Assembly (NCBI RefSeq): GCF_000181795.1
Contig: NW_003526943.1
Location: forward strand, 8,974,849 to 9,038,848
Length of the DNA: 64,000 nucleotides
Direction: 5' to 3'
Source of the DNA: Trichinella spiralis
Lineage: Eukaryota
Positions 1 to 10,886 of this stretch are shown in pieces; position 1 is the first letter of the stretch; each line of letters opens with the position of its first letter. The notes below the pieces were generated by a model, which did no database searches, was not told where the DNA came from, and saw nothing but the letters and a program-made list of their open reading frames with translations. The translations under genes were made by a program, and so were the position numbers.

Positions 1-1364
1 GACGAGCACGCGTCGCCCGGTCGACAGTATACGCAAATGAATCCTGCATCCAGTCCCTTCTTCAATATATCTTCTGCACATAAACCATTGCAATTTGCAT
101 GACTCCATCTGAAGAAAAAAAAAGCATACAAATTTGCCAATATTATCATCTTCGCTTAAATCAGAAGATGCCAAAAAAAATTTATTCACCTGTGACAAAT
201 ATCGCAAAGTATGATCATATCTTCTTCTTTGTATTGCAGATGACAAAAACAACACGAATAAAGACTAGCGCATTTGAAACACGCACGCAGATTCTTTATT
301 GAATCAAGCATACCGTTCGGAGGTGTAGCGCCACAAAACTGGCAAGTTGAACACCTTCAATAAATGAGAATAATTTATCTAAAAAATAAACTTAAAAAAA
401 TAAATACAAACCATTTGCAACGCCAAGCGCCTTGCGGGATCGAATCTAATGGAGGATCTAAGCAATACATGTGATAAGAAACATCACATTCGTCGCAAAG
501 TAACAAATGCTGTTCGTCGTCTCCAGTTCCGCAACCTTCACAAACGGTACAATCTAAGCATCGCCACCCTCGATGTACAATAACAGAATTCAGCTGAAAC
601 CAGAAAAAATAAGTGCTTTGATATACTGTGCGTCAATCAAAAAAGCTGAATTTCCATTCAACTTTATGCATGCAACATAATAACACACAGAACTGCAGAA
701 ACTGGACCATAAAAGAAAAAAAAACTAACACTGATATATATAATAATAATAAAATTCTATCATTAAGATTACTGGCAGTTACCGTAACATTGGCACAATA
801 TGTGTGGTAACACTGACCACACTGAGTACAAGCAACCATATGCCCTTCTTGACCGCGACCAAAACTTCCACAAACGACGCACATATCCTTCAAAAAAGTA
901 AAATTATAAGAAATTCAAAAATAAAAAAAAAACAGAAAAACTTACTCGACAAAATACATAAGAATCTTTTACGGACGTGACAACTACACTATGAATATAC
1001 TCATCATCCTCTTTGTGTTTGGCAACGTTCGGAGCTAAGTGATGATTCAGAATTTCCGTTATAGTCTGGACGGCGTTGCGCCGATTCTTTGCACACTTTT
1101 GAGAACGCCTTTTATCAACTATGCTTCGGCTGGATGTCGAACCACCTTTACCTTTACTAGCACTGTTTCGCTTGAAAGTGGAAATTTTTTTCCGAGAAAC
1201 ATTTTCGGGCAACGCATGGCCAGTGATCATATTTTGAGGTGGTAACGATATAGGCTCAACTGACGTGTGTGAATACGACAGGTCCTGCATTGGTTAAAGA
1301 AGAAAATCAAAAACAAATTTCAAATCACAAATAAATTACAAAGTAAAAGACATTTTACCATCAT
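1..1364 (-). CDS. KMT2C: KMT2C/KMT2D (MLL3/4, set-16/Lpt-like) histone methyltransferase-complex protein, 5' part with tandem PHD fingers; continues beyond window start
   Basis: Spliced exons (~947-1284, ~781-888, ~412-594, ~189-354, 1-~99) give DMCVVCGSFGRGQEGHMVACTQCGQCYHTYC...GWRCLDCTVCEGCG...LLLCDECDVSYHMYCLDPPLDSIPQGAWRCKW, closely matching the second PHD cluster of MLL3/MLL4. The start at 1364 (ATGATG|gtaaaa) is tentative. Confidence 0.88.
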
Positions 1365-4300
1365 TTCGCTTCCTAGACAAATTTTCATTGCAAAACCAAA
1401 ACAACAAATTGTAGTAAAGCCATACCACTCAAAAACCGAAACTTACAAAACAACAAATACCAAACCTGCAAATAAATATCACCTTAAACAATATGCTTTG
1501 AACGGTCTATCGAAAAATTAGCTTTGAAAAGGTTTAGAAACAAAATCATTCGTCATCTACCGAATAAGCAAATATTCTCTTGCCGTATCAATTTAGCAAG
1601 TAAATCCAACTGCAGTAAACTGCAGATTTCATCGGAAAATTATAACACTTATTTATATAGAACAATCCACCAACTAAGACAAGAACGCCAAACAACATTT
1701 AAATACATTACTGTAACAAATAATTAAGAAATTATATGTCATCATTAAAAATTTAAATTATCTTAAATATGGAAAAGTAAAGATTCCTTTATTGAAAATT
1801 AAATTTTATTCTTTTTAAATCACTCAATGTAAACATACAAGCAAGTAAACTTATATAATATAACAAAGTGCATTCACACTTTTGCATTTGGTACTTTCGC
1901 ACGTATCTATGCGAAATCACTATTCAACGCTTCAATTCATATCGGAAGTAAACTATTAAGCAGAAAAATAAAATAATTTAAGCTTTTTTTATAAACTTAA
2001 GCCAGAATACTTAAAAACAAAGCAAAATTCTGCGTCCACAGTTCGACCTAAGAATCAGTTACAGTAAACTTTTTTACAGTATACATTACAAAAGCATTTT
2101 CTTAAATTTCAAAGTTAAAAAATTTTTTAAATTACATATTAAACAAAGTAGATAACATATCCTTTAAATAAATACTGATTAAAAGTAAAGATTGTTAGCT
2201 ACCTGCAAATCAAATTTGACAAATGAAAAAGTAATTCTGATCGGTCAAAACTAACTTTGAAAATAGTACTTCCATCATCACTTAAATTATAAGGCAAAAT
2301 TTATAATTAGACAAAACTATTATACTTCAGAGACTTCTTTACTGCTAAATATTTATAAATACAGCTTTAGCTGTTTACTATAAATTTTACCGAGGTACCA
2401 CTTCATCATATAAATAATATACAACTATAAGATGTGTGAATATGAAATTAAATCTTAAATAAGCTTCCTTAAATGCATAGCCCCAATATTTCATCGCTTC
2501 AGTAAAATAAATATAACTAAAAAGCTTATAAATACAGTTTATAAAAGAATTCAATGGCTACAGAAAGTGAACTGAAATCCCAATATCGTTCAAGCGGCAC
2601 AACAAATATATATATATATATATAATCGGAAAATTTTACAAAAAATACAATATATGCTATAAAATTGGACAACATCTCGAACTGCGTTTTGTTTTGCATT
2701 TGTCTAACTGTAAAAACTATGGCAAAAAGACTGACTGCATTTCTTTACATTCGTATTGATTTCCTCAAGAACGTCACGGCAATGGATATGCACGTCAACG
2801 TCATCACTAATGACAACAACATATGGGCTAGAATTCCCAGGAAAAGCCCCCTCTGGTGGCAAGTTTGCTTACCGCATAAACACAAAGTACTGAGGCAGTA
2901 ATACTCTCCTTAATTTGATAGTTATATGTATTTACTTTGAAAACAAACATTTTATAAATGTTATGGAATAGTCGCAAAAGATCATTTAAGCATTCTTAAT
3001 TATCTCACAATTAAAAAATCTTAAAATCACCAAACATTATCATAAAACTCAAAGTTATAAACTAAGTTATTACTTTTATTTATATAAATAGTGTATTTTT
3101 CATCTTACTATTTTTCAAATATTAATAATAACTTTAAAAAATTTTGAAGTAGCTTCACAAAAAAATACTTGCATGTGCACTTAAAAACGACGTTTTTCTG
3201 AATACATAGGTTTTAAGAAAAAAAGTATTCTGAAAACCAACTTTAGAAAAATGTGCAAATGAATTCACACAAGTAAAAAATTAAAAGCATTAATTTCAAA
3301 CTGAAAAAAAAGTTTTTTTATACAGTTTGAATAAAATAATGCCATTATGAAAACAAATATAACGAACAACAGCCTAACTGTCCATAATCCATTTCAATGA
3401 ACAACACTTCTGAATAAAGAATAACATCATAAATGAGCTGTATATTTAAATAATAGTGTCAGTTAAACTCATAATATTATCAACTGTAATAAACTTTTGC
3501 AAGATATTAAACTGCATTCGATAAGAATTGGAAATGGAAGGTGTTTTACCGGATTTTTCATTAACTTCTAATAAACTAATCCAACGAATTGATAATTTGA
3601 AGTGAACCTCTACAAAAAACCAAAGCATAAAATAAATGATTTATCCATGTCATTCTTTTCAGCTAATAACTTGAGCAAAAATGGTGCGCGTAGTTATCCC
3701 TTTGTTGTTTCTTTACTGTCCCACAGTTAGTTGCAAAATTCGAAGAGAGACTTTCAAACGGAATTTATATTGATGAATTGATTAAAATTCCAACATACCT
3801 TTCTAGATTAGTAATAAATCGAAGTTATGTAATAATCACATGCCAAACTTAATTTATACACATTTTTAGCAGACATAGGGTAAATAAACGAAAGATACAG
3901 TATGAGATCAAGTTTGAATTGACAAGAAGGTATAAATATATAAATTTTTATTATTTGGTTTTGTGATTTCGTTAAAATGCGTTAAAGTAAAAATATAAAA
4001 AAAGTTCTAGTATTATGAAGTATATTAAATTTATATTTTATTTAAATTTATTGCATTTTAATAAATATATATAACTTAATTAATTACTTGGCTAGTGATA
4101 CTTATCTGCGTTGCTACATAAATTCTCATACATGCATATGCGGATTTTCTATTTTAAAAATTAAGGATAAAGTTAATTTTACTTTAATTCTTATATATAT
4201 ATATATGTATATGTTTATATTTATTTATATTACTAACTGATCATAAATCAATAGTGAACTGTATGACAGCGCTTAACAAAAATGTGCTGTTCGAAAAAAA

Positions 4301-5318
4301 TTTGTTTGCAACCAACATTGCAAGCTATGTGTGTGTATAATAATTCCCCACTCAAACGATTCAGCTTTTATCCATTCCATTTTTTTCTGTTGAAAGAAAG
4401 TATCAATCTCTGGATTAAACTTTTCATTGCATTCATATTTCCCCTGTGATTTTCTTGTTCGTTAAGATTTCTGCTAATATTTTGCAAGCGCTTTCGTGTT
4501 AGGTTTTTTCGTGTCTATTTTTAATAATCTCATTTTCAGATTTTTCATTGTATTGTCTTTACGTCTTAAAATGTGATTTTTGTTTGACTTTCAATGTGCA
4601 TTATATGATGTTGATGTGTAAATCTTTTTCCCATGTGATTCGCACGTTTACTTTTTAGAATTATGTTCATATCTATATTTCACGAAAGTTTTTGTCTTCT
4701 TCACAGTATTTTTACTTTCATAAAATTTATGCCTGGCATTATGAATCCAAATTCATTTTTCGATGCTAAAATAACGATACTGATCTCCAATGTTGCAATG
4801 GAATTTTTGTTTTATGCTAGTTTTATCCACTAACTGCTGAAGTTAGGCTTTATAAGGTCTACTGCTGTACATAGCATCATAGAAATAGTCTGGCGTGAGA
4901 CAATGCAGTACTCCTTTGAGAGCTGCTTCAATAAGCCATGAAGAAGCATAGCTGTTGGATTTTCTAGAATAAATTAAGTCATATTAAGTCAAATTAAGGT
5001 ATAAATTTTAAATTGCTCAGCCGATGCCTAAAATAAAGAGACAACTAAATTGATTATTAGCTATTGGTGTTTAGCCGTGGATTTGTTACATTTTTCTTTA
5101 ATCGTATAAAATTAAAGAGAATAAAATATTGTTAACTTAAACAAAAATTTATATTTATATGTATGTGTAAAACACATTTGTGATCTTCATTTACAATTAA
5201 TTATAAGCTTACAAAGTGCAAGTGAACTCTTCTTATTATTTTTATTTTAACATTAATTTACTTAATATATTTTAATCAGATAAAAGATTAAAAATGTAGA
5301 ATAAAGAACAATTATTAT

Positions 5319-5538
5319 TGTTGTGTATTGGTGTTGTGTATTGATGTTGTATATCGAATTAATAGAATCCAAAATTATTGATAATATAACCTGATCATCT
5401 TCTAATTCATTTACTGTAGCTCATAGATAATATAGTCAGTCAGTTACGAATTTATATAGCGTGTGTGTGTTCAAGTTAGTGTGTCGAATAAACAGTTATC
5501 ACTTCTACCGAGTCTTTGATCATGGCAGAAACACAACA
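5319..5538 (+). repeat. 5' LTR (220 bp)
   Basis: TGTTGTGT...ACACAACA 8-bp terminal inverted repeat; TATA-like TTTATATAG and AATAAA inside; identical to 9496-9715 except one base. Confidence 0.98.
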
Positions 5539-8500
5539 CGTTCTGGCGACGAGGATGGGATCACTCAGACTGGGCCACATCGAAGAATTCGATACATCAA
5601 ACCCTAAGGAATGGAATTCCTACGCGTCTCGTTTGATGTTCTATTTGGAAGCTAATAAGGTCTCAGCCGACGCTGATAAACGTGCAGTCCTGCTTAGCTC
5701 TTGTGGTTCAACGCTTTTTAAGCTTGTGGAATCCCTGTTATCTCCTGCCAAGCCGGTAGAAAGATCGTTCGATGAAATTATAAGTGTCTTGAACGACCAT
5801 TTTGCGCCTCAGCCTTCTGAAATTGTTAATCGACACATTTTTTATCAGCGTAAGCAACAGCCTGGCGAAACGGTTGCTGAATTCATCGCAGATTTGCGCC
5901 GATTGGCTCAAGGTTGTAACTTCGTCGATCTCGAAACGATGCTGCGCGATCGTTTAGTATGTGGCCTGAGAGACGAAGCTGTGCAACTACGATTATTTGC
6001 GAAGAAAGTTTTGACGTTCCAAATGGCTCAGGAAGAAGCCCTGTCCGCCGAAGCTGCATGTAAACATGCTAGTGAAATTCGCGCTGTCAATGTCGATTCA
6101 TCAGCACCGAATATTCATCACATGTCAAGCAAACGTCAAACTTATAAGCAAGCTAATGTATGTGCCAGTTGTGGAGGTCAGCACAATCGAGCGTTATGTC
6201 GCTTCAAAAATGCTGTTTGCCGTTGTTGTCAAAAAGTTGGTCACATAGAACGCGTGTGTAGATCTAAACAAAGGCGCTCCAAGCCTCAGGCGAAAGCAAA
6301 TACTATCTCAGTAGCTGACACGCATCAATCTTATTTGCTAAATCGTATTTCTTGTCGATCTACACCATCCCTTCGCTCACTCAAGCTAAGCGTTTTCCTT
6401 AGCATTGAAGGCAAACGTTGTCAGTTAGAAGTTGATTCAGGATCTGACGTGACAATCATTTCCGAGCAAACTTTCGAATATTTGCGGAACAACAACAAAA
6501 AGCTAAAATTAGCTCCTACAACGCTCTCTCTCGTCTCATTTCTTGGTAAGCAAGTTAAATTGATGGGAAGTTGTGTTGTCAATGTTGATTATTCAAGCAT
6601 CCACACACGGCTTAGAATTTTTGTTGCAAAAGGGAACTGCCCTAATTTACTGGGTTTAGAATGGTTTAAACCGTTAGGCATCAGAATCGAAGGTATAAAT
6701 CATATAAATAGTAGTCCAGTTGAATCGGTACTACGGAAATATAAGGCAGTTTTCACTCCTGACTTGGGTTGTTATGCAGGCGAACCTGTATCGTTGGATC
6801 TTGATCCATCAGTTCCTCCTATTCGCATGAAAGCTCGCAAGGTTCCTTTCGCTCTTAAAGAAAAGATCGATATGGAACTAGATAAGCTGGTTAAACAGAA
6901 GGTGCTTGAACCAGTTAGTCATCAGGTATGGGCAACCCCAATCGTCACGCCCATGAAACCAGATGGTTCCGTGCGTATTTGTGGTGATTACAAGTGTACC
7001 ATCAATAAGGCACTTCTGAAGCACGCTTATCCCGTTCCTGCAGTAAGCCACCTCCTTGCATCTCTTGCTGGTGGAAAAGTTTTTGCTAAATTGGATTTAG
7101 CTCAAGCTTATCAACAGTTGGTTGTTGATAAAAAAACTGCAGATGCACAAACAATAATCACACATCGAGGTGCATTCAGAGTGAAACGACTACAGTTTGG
7201 TGTAAGTGCAGCACCTGGCATATTTCAAGGAGTAATAGATCAACTCACAAAAGGTATCCCGGGAGTATTACCTTACTTCGATGATATCTTGATAGCAGCA
7301 AAAGATGAAAGCATACTAGCAAAACGGCTTGCTACGTTATTGAAACGTTTTTATGACGCAGGTCTCCGTTTGAATGCAGAAAAATGCAAATTCTGTTTGC
7401 GACGAATCGAATTTTTGGGATTTGACATTGATGCCTCTGGAATTCACCCCTCGAAACAGAAAGTTGCAGCGATCCATAACACACCGCAGCCAAGAAATAA
7501 GAAAGAATTGCAAACTTTCTTAGGGTTGCTTAACTTTTATCATTCCTTCCTGCGAAACAAAGCAACCGTAGCCGAACCCTTACATCGGTTACTTGATAAA
7601 GAAGCTAAATGGAAATGGACAAACAAACATAAAAAGGCTTTCAACCAAACCAAGCAACTGTTATCATCAGATTGTGTATTAACCCATTACGATGTAAAAA
7701 AACCGTTAGTACTCATCTGTGATGCATCCCCTGTTGGAATAGGAGCCGTTCTGTGCCATCAAATGCCGAATGGTAAAGAAGCTCCAATCGCTTTTTATTC
7801 GCGAACATTGACTTCTACTGAACGAAACTACGCACAAATTGACAAGGAAGCCCTTGCAATTATAGCGTCAGTAAAGAAATTTCATGATTATCTGTACGGT
7901 CGTTCCTTCCAAATCATTACAGATCACAAGCCTTTGTTGGGAATATTTGCTCCCAATAAAGAAACTCCGTACATTCTCTCACCCCGAATGTTACGTTGGA
8001 CTGTCATGTTAGGCGCTTATGTTTATGACATTTGCTACAGACCAGGAAAGCTTATCGCCAATGCCGATATCTTAAGCCGCCTACCAACTAAAGTCCCAGA
8101 TGTTGAAATCCCACCACCTCTGGAAGTACTCATGTTGGAATCAGATGACGCTGTGATCATGAAAGCCAACGATATCGCACGAATGTCTTTGAAAGATCCA
8201 GTGATATCACGAGTTTTAAATTGGGCGTGGAAAGGATGGCCAGCCAAGTTGTCAGATGAAAAATTCAAACCTTTTTTCAGTAGACAACTGGAAATATCGG
8301 TACATAAAGGTTGCTTGCTTTGGGGAAATAGGGTTGTGATTCCATTTCAAGCGCGTTCAAGGCTCCTTACTATGTTACACGATGGTCACCCGGGTATTGT
8401 TCGTATGAAAGCTTTGGCAAGAAGCTACTTTTGGTGGCCGAAAATGGATGAGGATATCGAAAAGACTGTGAACACATGTAACGTTTGTCAATCGTCAAGA

Positions 8501-9484
8501 GCTGCGATGCCTAAAGCTCCTGTTCACTCTTGGGAAACACCAAATAACCCTTGGAGTCGTTTACATATCGATTTTGCAGGCCCCTTCCAAGGAAAGACAT
8601 TCCTGATAGTTGTAGATGCCTTTTCAAAATGGTTAGAAGTAATTCCAATATCAGAAATGTCAACACGAACGGTAATAGAGGAATTACGTCAGTTGTTCGC
8701 AACGCATGGCTTGCCGAACACAATTGTGTCTGACAACGCAGCACAATTTGCTTCTGCTGAATTCCAGCAATTCTTGAAAAGAGGTGCAATCAGACATGCT
8801 AGAATTGCCCCGTTTCATCCGGCATCAAACGGACAAGCAGAGAGAATGGTCCGCACGACAAAAGAAGCTTTGCGAAAAATGGTTCACGGAAGCTGGAAAC
8901 AGCGTCTAGCGAATTTCTTATTTTCACAACGCGTGACACCTTGTGCCACAACCGGGAAAAGTCCGGCTGAACTGCTAATGAAGCGCCGACTGCGAACGGT
9001 TCTCGACCGCATCCACCCTGACATCGAAGAAGAAGCGATTGAAGGTAATTGCGACGTGATAAAGCCGGATAAACAAAAAATAAGAATATTCGCACCTGAT
9101 GATCTTGTGTTTGCGAGAAACTACGCGCATGGACCTAAATGGTGTCCTGCCACCATTGTGGCTCCAACAGGACCCGTGTCCTATAAGGTAAAAACAACTG
9201 ATGGTCAACTATGGAAACGTCACTTGGACCAGCTGAGAAAACGACACCCTTCCATAGAAGTCACTGATGACACTGAAACCGATGCGAATAAAGCGCAGCA
9301 ATCAAACATTGCTGACAATCCTTCACAGTCAGAACAGGAAGATTGTCAACAATTAATGGAGAAGTCACCATCGGCTGTTGTAGAACCCATCGCTGAACCC
9401 ATCACAGAAACCATTGCTGAACAACCAACCAGACCACCGCGGACTCGCAGAAAACCAAAGTGGATGGAGGACTACGTTACTTAA
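5522..9484 (+). CDS. Gag-Pol polyprotein (Gag with two Zn knuckles, protease, RT, RNase H, integrase)
   Basis: Uninterrupted ~1320-aa ORF: CASCGGQHNRALC + CRCCQKVGHIERVC knuckles, VDSGS protease, YFDD RT, CDAS/EAL/TDHKPL/ADILSR RNase H, HDGH..CNVC and DFAG/SDN/ERM integrase, in gypsy order. In-frame ATGs at 5522 (in LTR) and 5555 (in PBS). Confidence 0.97.
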   Translation: MAETQHVLATRMGSLRLGHIEEFDTSNPKEWNSYASRLMFYLEANKVSADADKRAVLLSSCGSTLFKLVESLLSPAKPVERSFDEIISVLNDHFAPQPSEIVNRHIFYQRKQQPGETVAEFIADLRRLAQGCNFVDLETMLRDRLVCGLRDEAVQLRLFAKKVLTFQMAQEEALSAEAACKHASEIRAVNVDSSAPNIHHMSSKRQTYKQANVCASCGGQHNRALCRFKNAVCRCCQKVGHIERVCRSKQRRSKPQAKANTISVADTHQSYLLNRISCRSTPSLRSLKLSVFLSIEGKRCQLEVDSGSDVTIISEQTFEYLRNNNKKLKLAPTTLSLVSFLGKQVKLMGSCVVNVDYSSIHTRLRIFVAKGNCPNLLGLEWFKPLGIRIEGINHINSSPVESVLRKYKAVFTPDLGCYAGEPVSLDLDPSVPPIRMKARKVPFALKEKIDMELDKLVKQKVLEPVSHQVWATPIVTPMKPDGSVRICGDYKCTINKALLKHAYPVPAVSHLLASLAGGKVFAKLDLAQAYQQLVVDKKTADAQTIITHRGAFRVKRLQFGVSAAPGIFQGVIDQLTKGIPGVLPYFDDILIAAKDESILAKRLATLLKRFYDAGLRLNAEKCKFCLRRIEFLGFDIDASGIHPSKQKVAAIHNTPQPRNKKELQTFLGLLNFYHSFLRNKATVAEPLHRLLDKEAKWKWTNKHKKAFNQTKQLLSSDCVLTHYDVKKPLVLICDASPVGIGAVLCHQMPNGKEAPIAFYSRTLTSTERNYAQIDKEALAIIASVKKFHDYLYGRSFQIITDHKPLLGIFAPNKETPYILSPRMLRWTVMLGAYVYDICYRPGKLIANADILSRLPTKVPDVEIPPPLEVLMLESDDAVIMKANDIARMSLKDPVISRVLNWAWKGWPAKLSDEKFKPFFSRQLEISVHKGCLLWGNRVVIPFQARSRLLTMLHDGHPGIVRMKALARSYFWWPKMDEDIEKTVNTCNVCQSSRAAMPKAPVHSWETPNNPWSRLHIDFAGPFQGKTFLIVVDAFSKWLEVIPISEMSTRTVIEELRQLFATHGLPNTIVSDNAAQFASAEFQQFLKRGAIRHARIAPFHPASNGQAERMVRTTKEALRKMVHGSWKQRLANFLFSQRVTPCATTGKSPAELLMKRRLRTVLDRIHPDIEEEAIEGNCDVIKPDKQKIRIFAPDDLVFARNYAHGPKWCPATIVAPTGPVSYKVKTTDGQLWKRHLDQLRKRHPSIEVTDDTETDANKAQQSNIADNPSQSEQEDCQQLMEKSPSAVVEPIAEPITETIAEQPTRPPRTRRKPKWMEDYVT
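5544..5561 (+). promoter_or_regulatory. Primer-binding site complementary to the 3' end of tRNA-Ser(GCU)
   Basis: TGGCGACGAGGATGGGAT, 5 nt after the 5' LTR. It is the reverse complement of ATCCCATCCTCGTCGCCA, the 3' end of animal tRNA-Ser(GCU) as I recall it. Confidence 0.9.
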
Positions 9485-9485
9485 T

Positions 9486-9495
9486 GGGGAAGGGG
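9486..9495 (+). promoter_or_regulatory. Polypurine tract
   Basis: GGGGAAGGGG immediately before the 3' LTR and 1 nt after the pol stop codon. Confidence 0.95.
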
Positions 9496-9715
9496 TGTTG
9501 TGTATTGGTGTTGTGTATTGATGTTGTATATCGAATTAATAGAATCCAAGATTATTGATAATATAACCTGATCATCTTCTAATTCATTTACTGTAGCTCA
9601 TAGATAATATAGTCAGTCAGTTACGAATTTATATAGCGTGTGTGTGTTCAAGTTAGTGTGTCGAATAAACAGTTATCACTTCTACCGAGTCTTTGATCAT
9701 GGCAGAAACACAACA
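9496..9715 (+). repeat. 3' LTR (220 bp)
   Basis: Direct repeat of 5319-5538; single difference G9550 vs A5373. Confidence 0.98.
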
Positions 9716-10886
9716 ATTATTTTATTTACAGGTTTAAAGTGAAAAGAAATTTTTATCGATATACATATATGAAAACCTTTTTCATTAAAATTTGCAGATG
9801 TAAGATACTTGTATTTAATCTTTACGAGTGAGAGATGGCTCCAGCTAATCCCTCTAGGTTGAACGTAAGTTTTAGGGTTTGTTGACATATGACACATCAT
9901 AACAACAACACACGCACTAACTACCCAACTGTTTATATCCGTTATTGATCATCATATATACATTTTTACTTAGAGCTTCTTATGACAGTAGATGCTTATG
10001 GTACAGCAGCGATTAATCGTGCTATTTTTATTTATTTTGCAAGACTGGTTGATTTGTGGAAGGTTAATAAAAGCAGCTTAATTCCAAAATACCTGTAGTT
10101 TAAAGAAACGGCAAACATTCTTTTAAAAGTAGCCGAATTTTCTGAAATTCCACTGGAAAATTTATTTTGTTTCATTGCACAATTTTGACATACTGTCAAA
10201 GTTAACTGATATGTGCTACAACACAAAAAGGACTTTTTGCTGTTATGACTTCATTTCACTCTTTTGGCCTGTTGTTAATTAAAAATACTAATAATCAGTA
10301 TCGAAAAATTAATACCCTAATTAGAGCCTATTTATTATTTATTTAAATAAAGTTATATTTTCATTTGTATCAAGTTTTTGAAAACAGTATTAATAAGGTT
10401 CATTAACAGCATAAAAATTAGCATGTCAAAAGCATGTTAATACTTGTCAAGAAATTGTCATTGTCATGGCTACATGATTAGTTTTCGCTTGAAAATTTCT
10501 GATTTCAAAAGTAAAACTACTAAATGGGTCAAATGATTGTCTTTATTAATAAAAATATTTTGTGCATGTAATGTTAATAAAGTTCTGGGTAAAATGAATA
10601 AAGAAATAAGGTAAAAATTTGAAGGTTGAAAAATTATGCTAAAACTATCCTTCTGAGATTCAATATAAAGAAAATAATAGTCAGTTAAAAAAGAAATAAC
10701 TTTATTAAAATAAATTTATTACAAATAATGACAAAAAGAAATTGATAATTCTATAAACTGACGATGAACACTGAAATGATATCTAATTCAATCTTTTAAA
10801 CTTAATAATATTTTTTCCTAAAAAATCAAAGTATATAATTATAATTAAATAAATAAGTATGAAATGAATTAATGAAGTAAAATATC

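Larger units (their letters stand above)
5319..9715 (+). mobile_element. Full-length Ty3/gypsy (Mag-like) LTR retrotransposon
   Basis: Two 220-bp LTRs (TG...CA), 5-bp target-site duplication ATTAT (5314-5318 and 9716-9720), PBS, PPT and one intact gag-pol ORF. Confidence 0.98.

Noticed and set aside
883..890. ATATCCTT / GTATCCTT U12-type donor-like strings (also at ~20602 and, on the minus strand, ~19219)
   Set aside because: The first two are reverse complements of ordinary AG acceptors of minus-strand genes; the third lies inside coding sequence.
4300..4970. Coding-looking purine-skewed stretch upstream of the LTR element
   Set aside because: Stops in the frames I checked and no recognisable homology, so no CDS can be supported.
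6066..9208. Short alternative-frame and antisense ORFs within gag-pol (possible env or accessory gene)
   Set aside because: All under 100 aa, overlapping pol, with no motifs; there is no room for env between integrase and the PPT.
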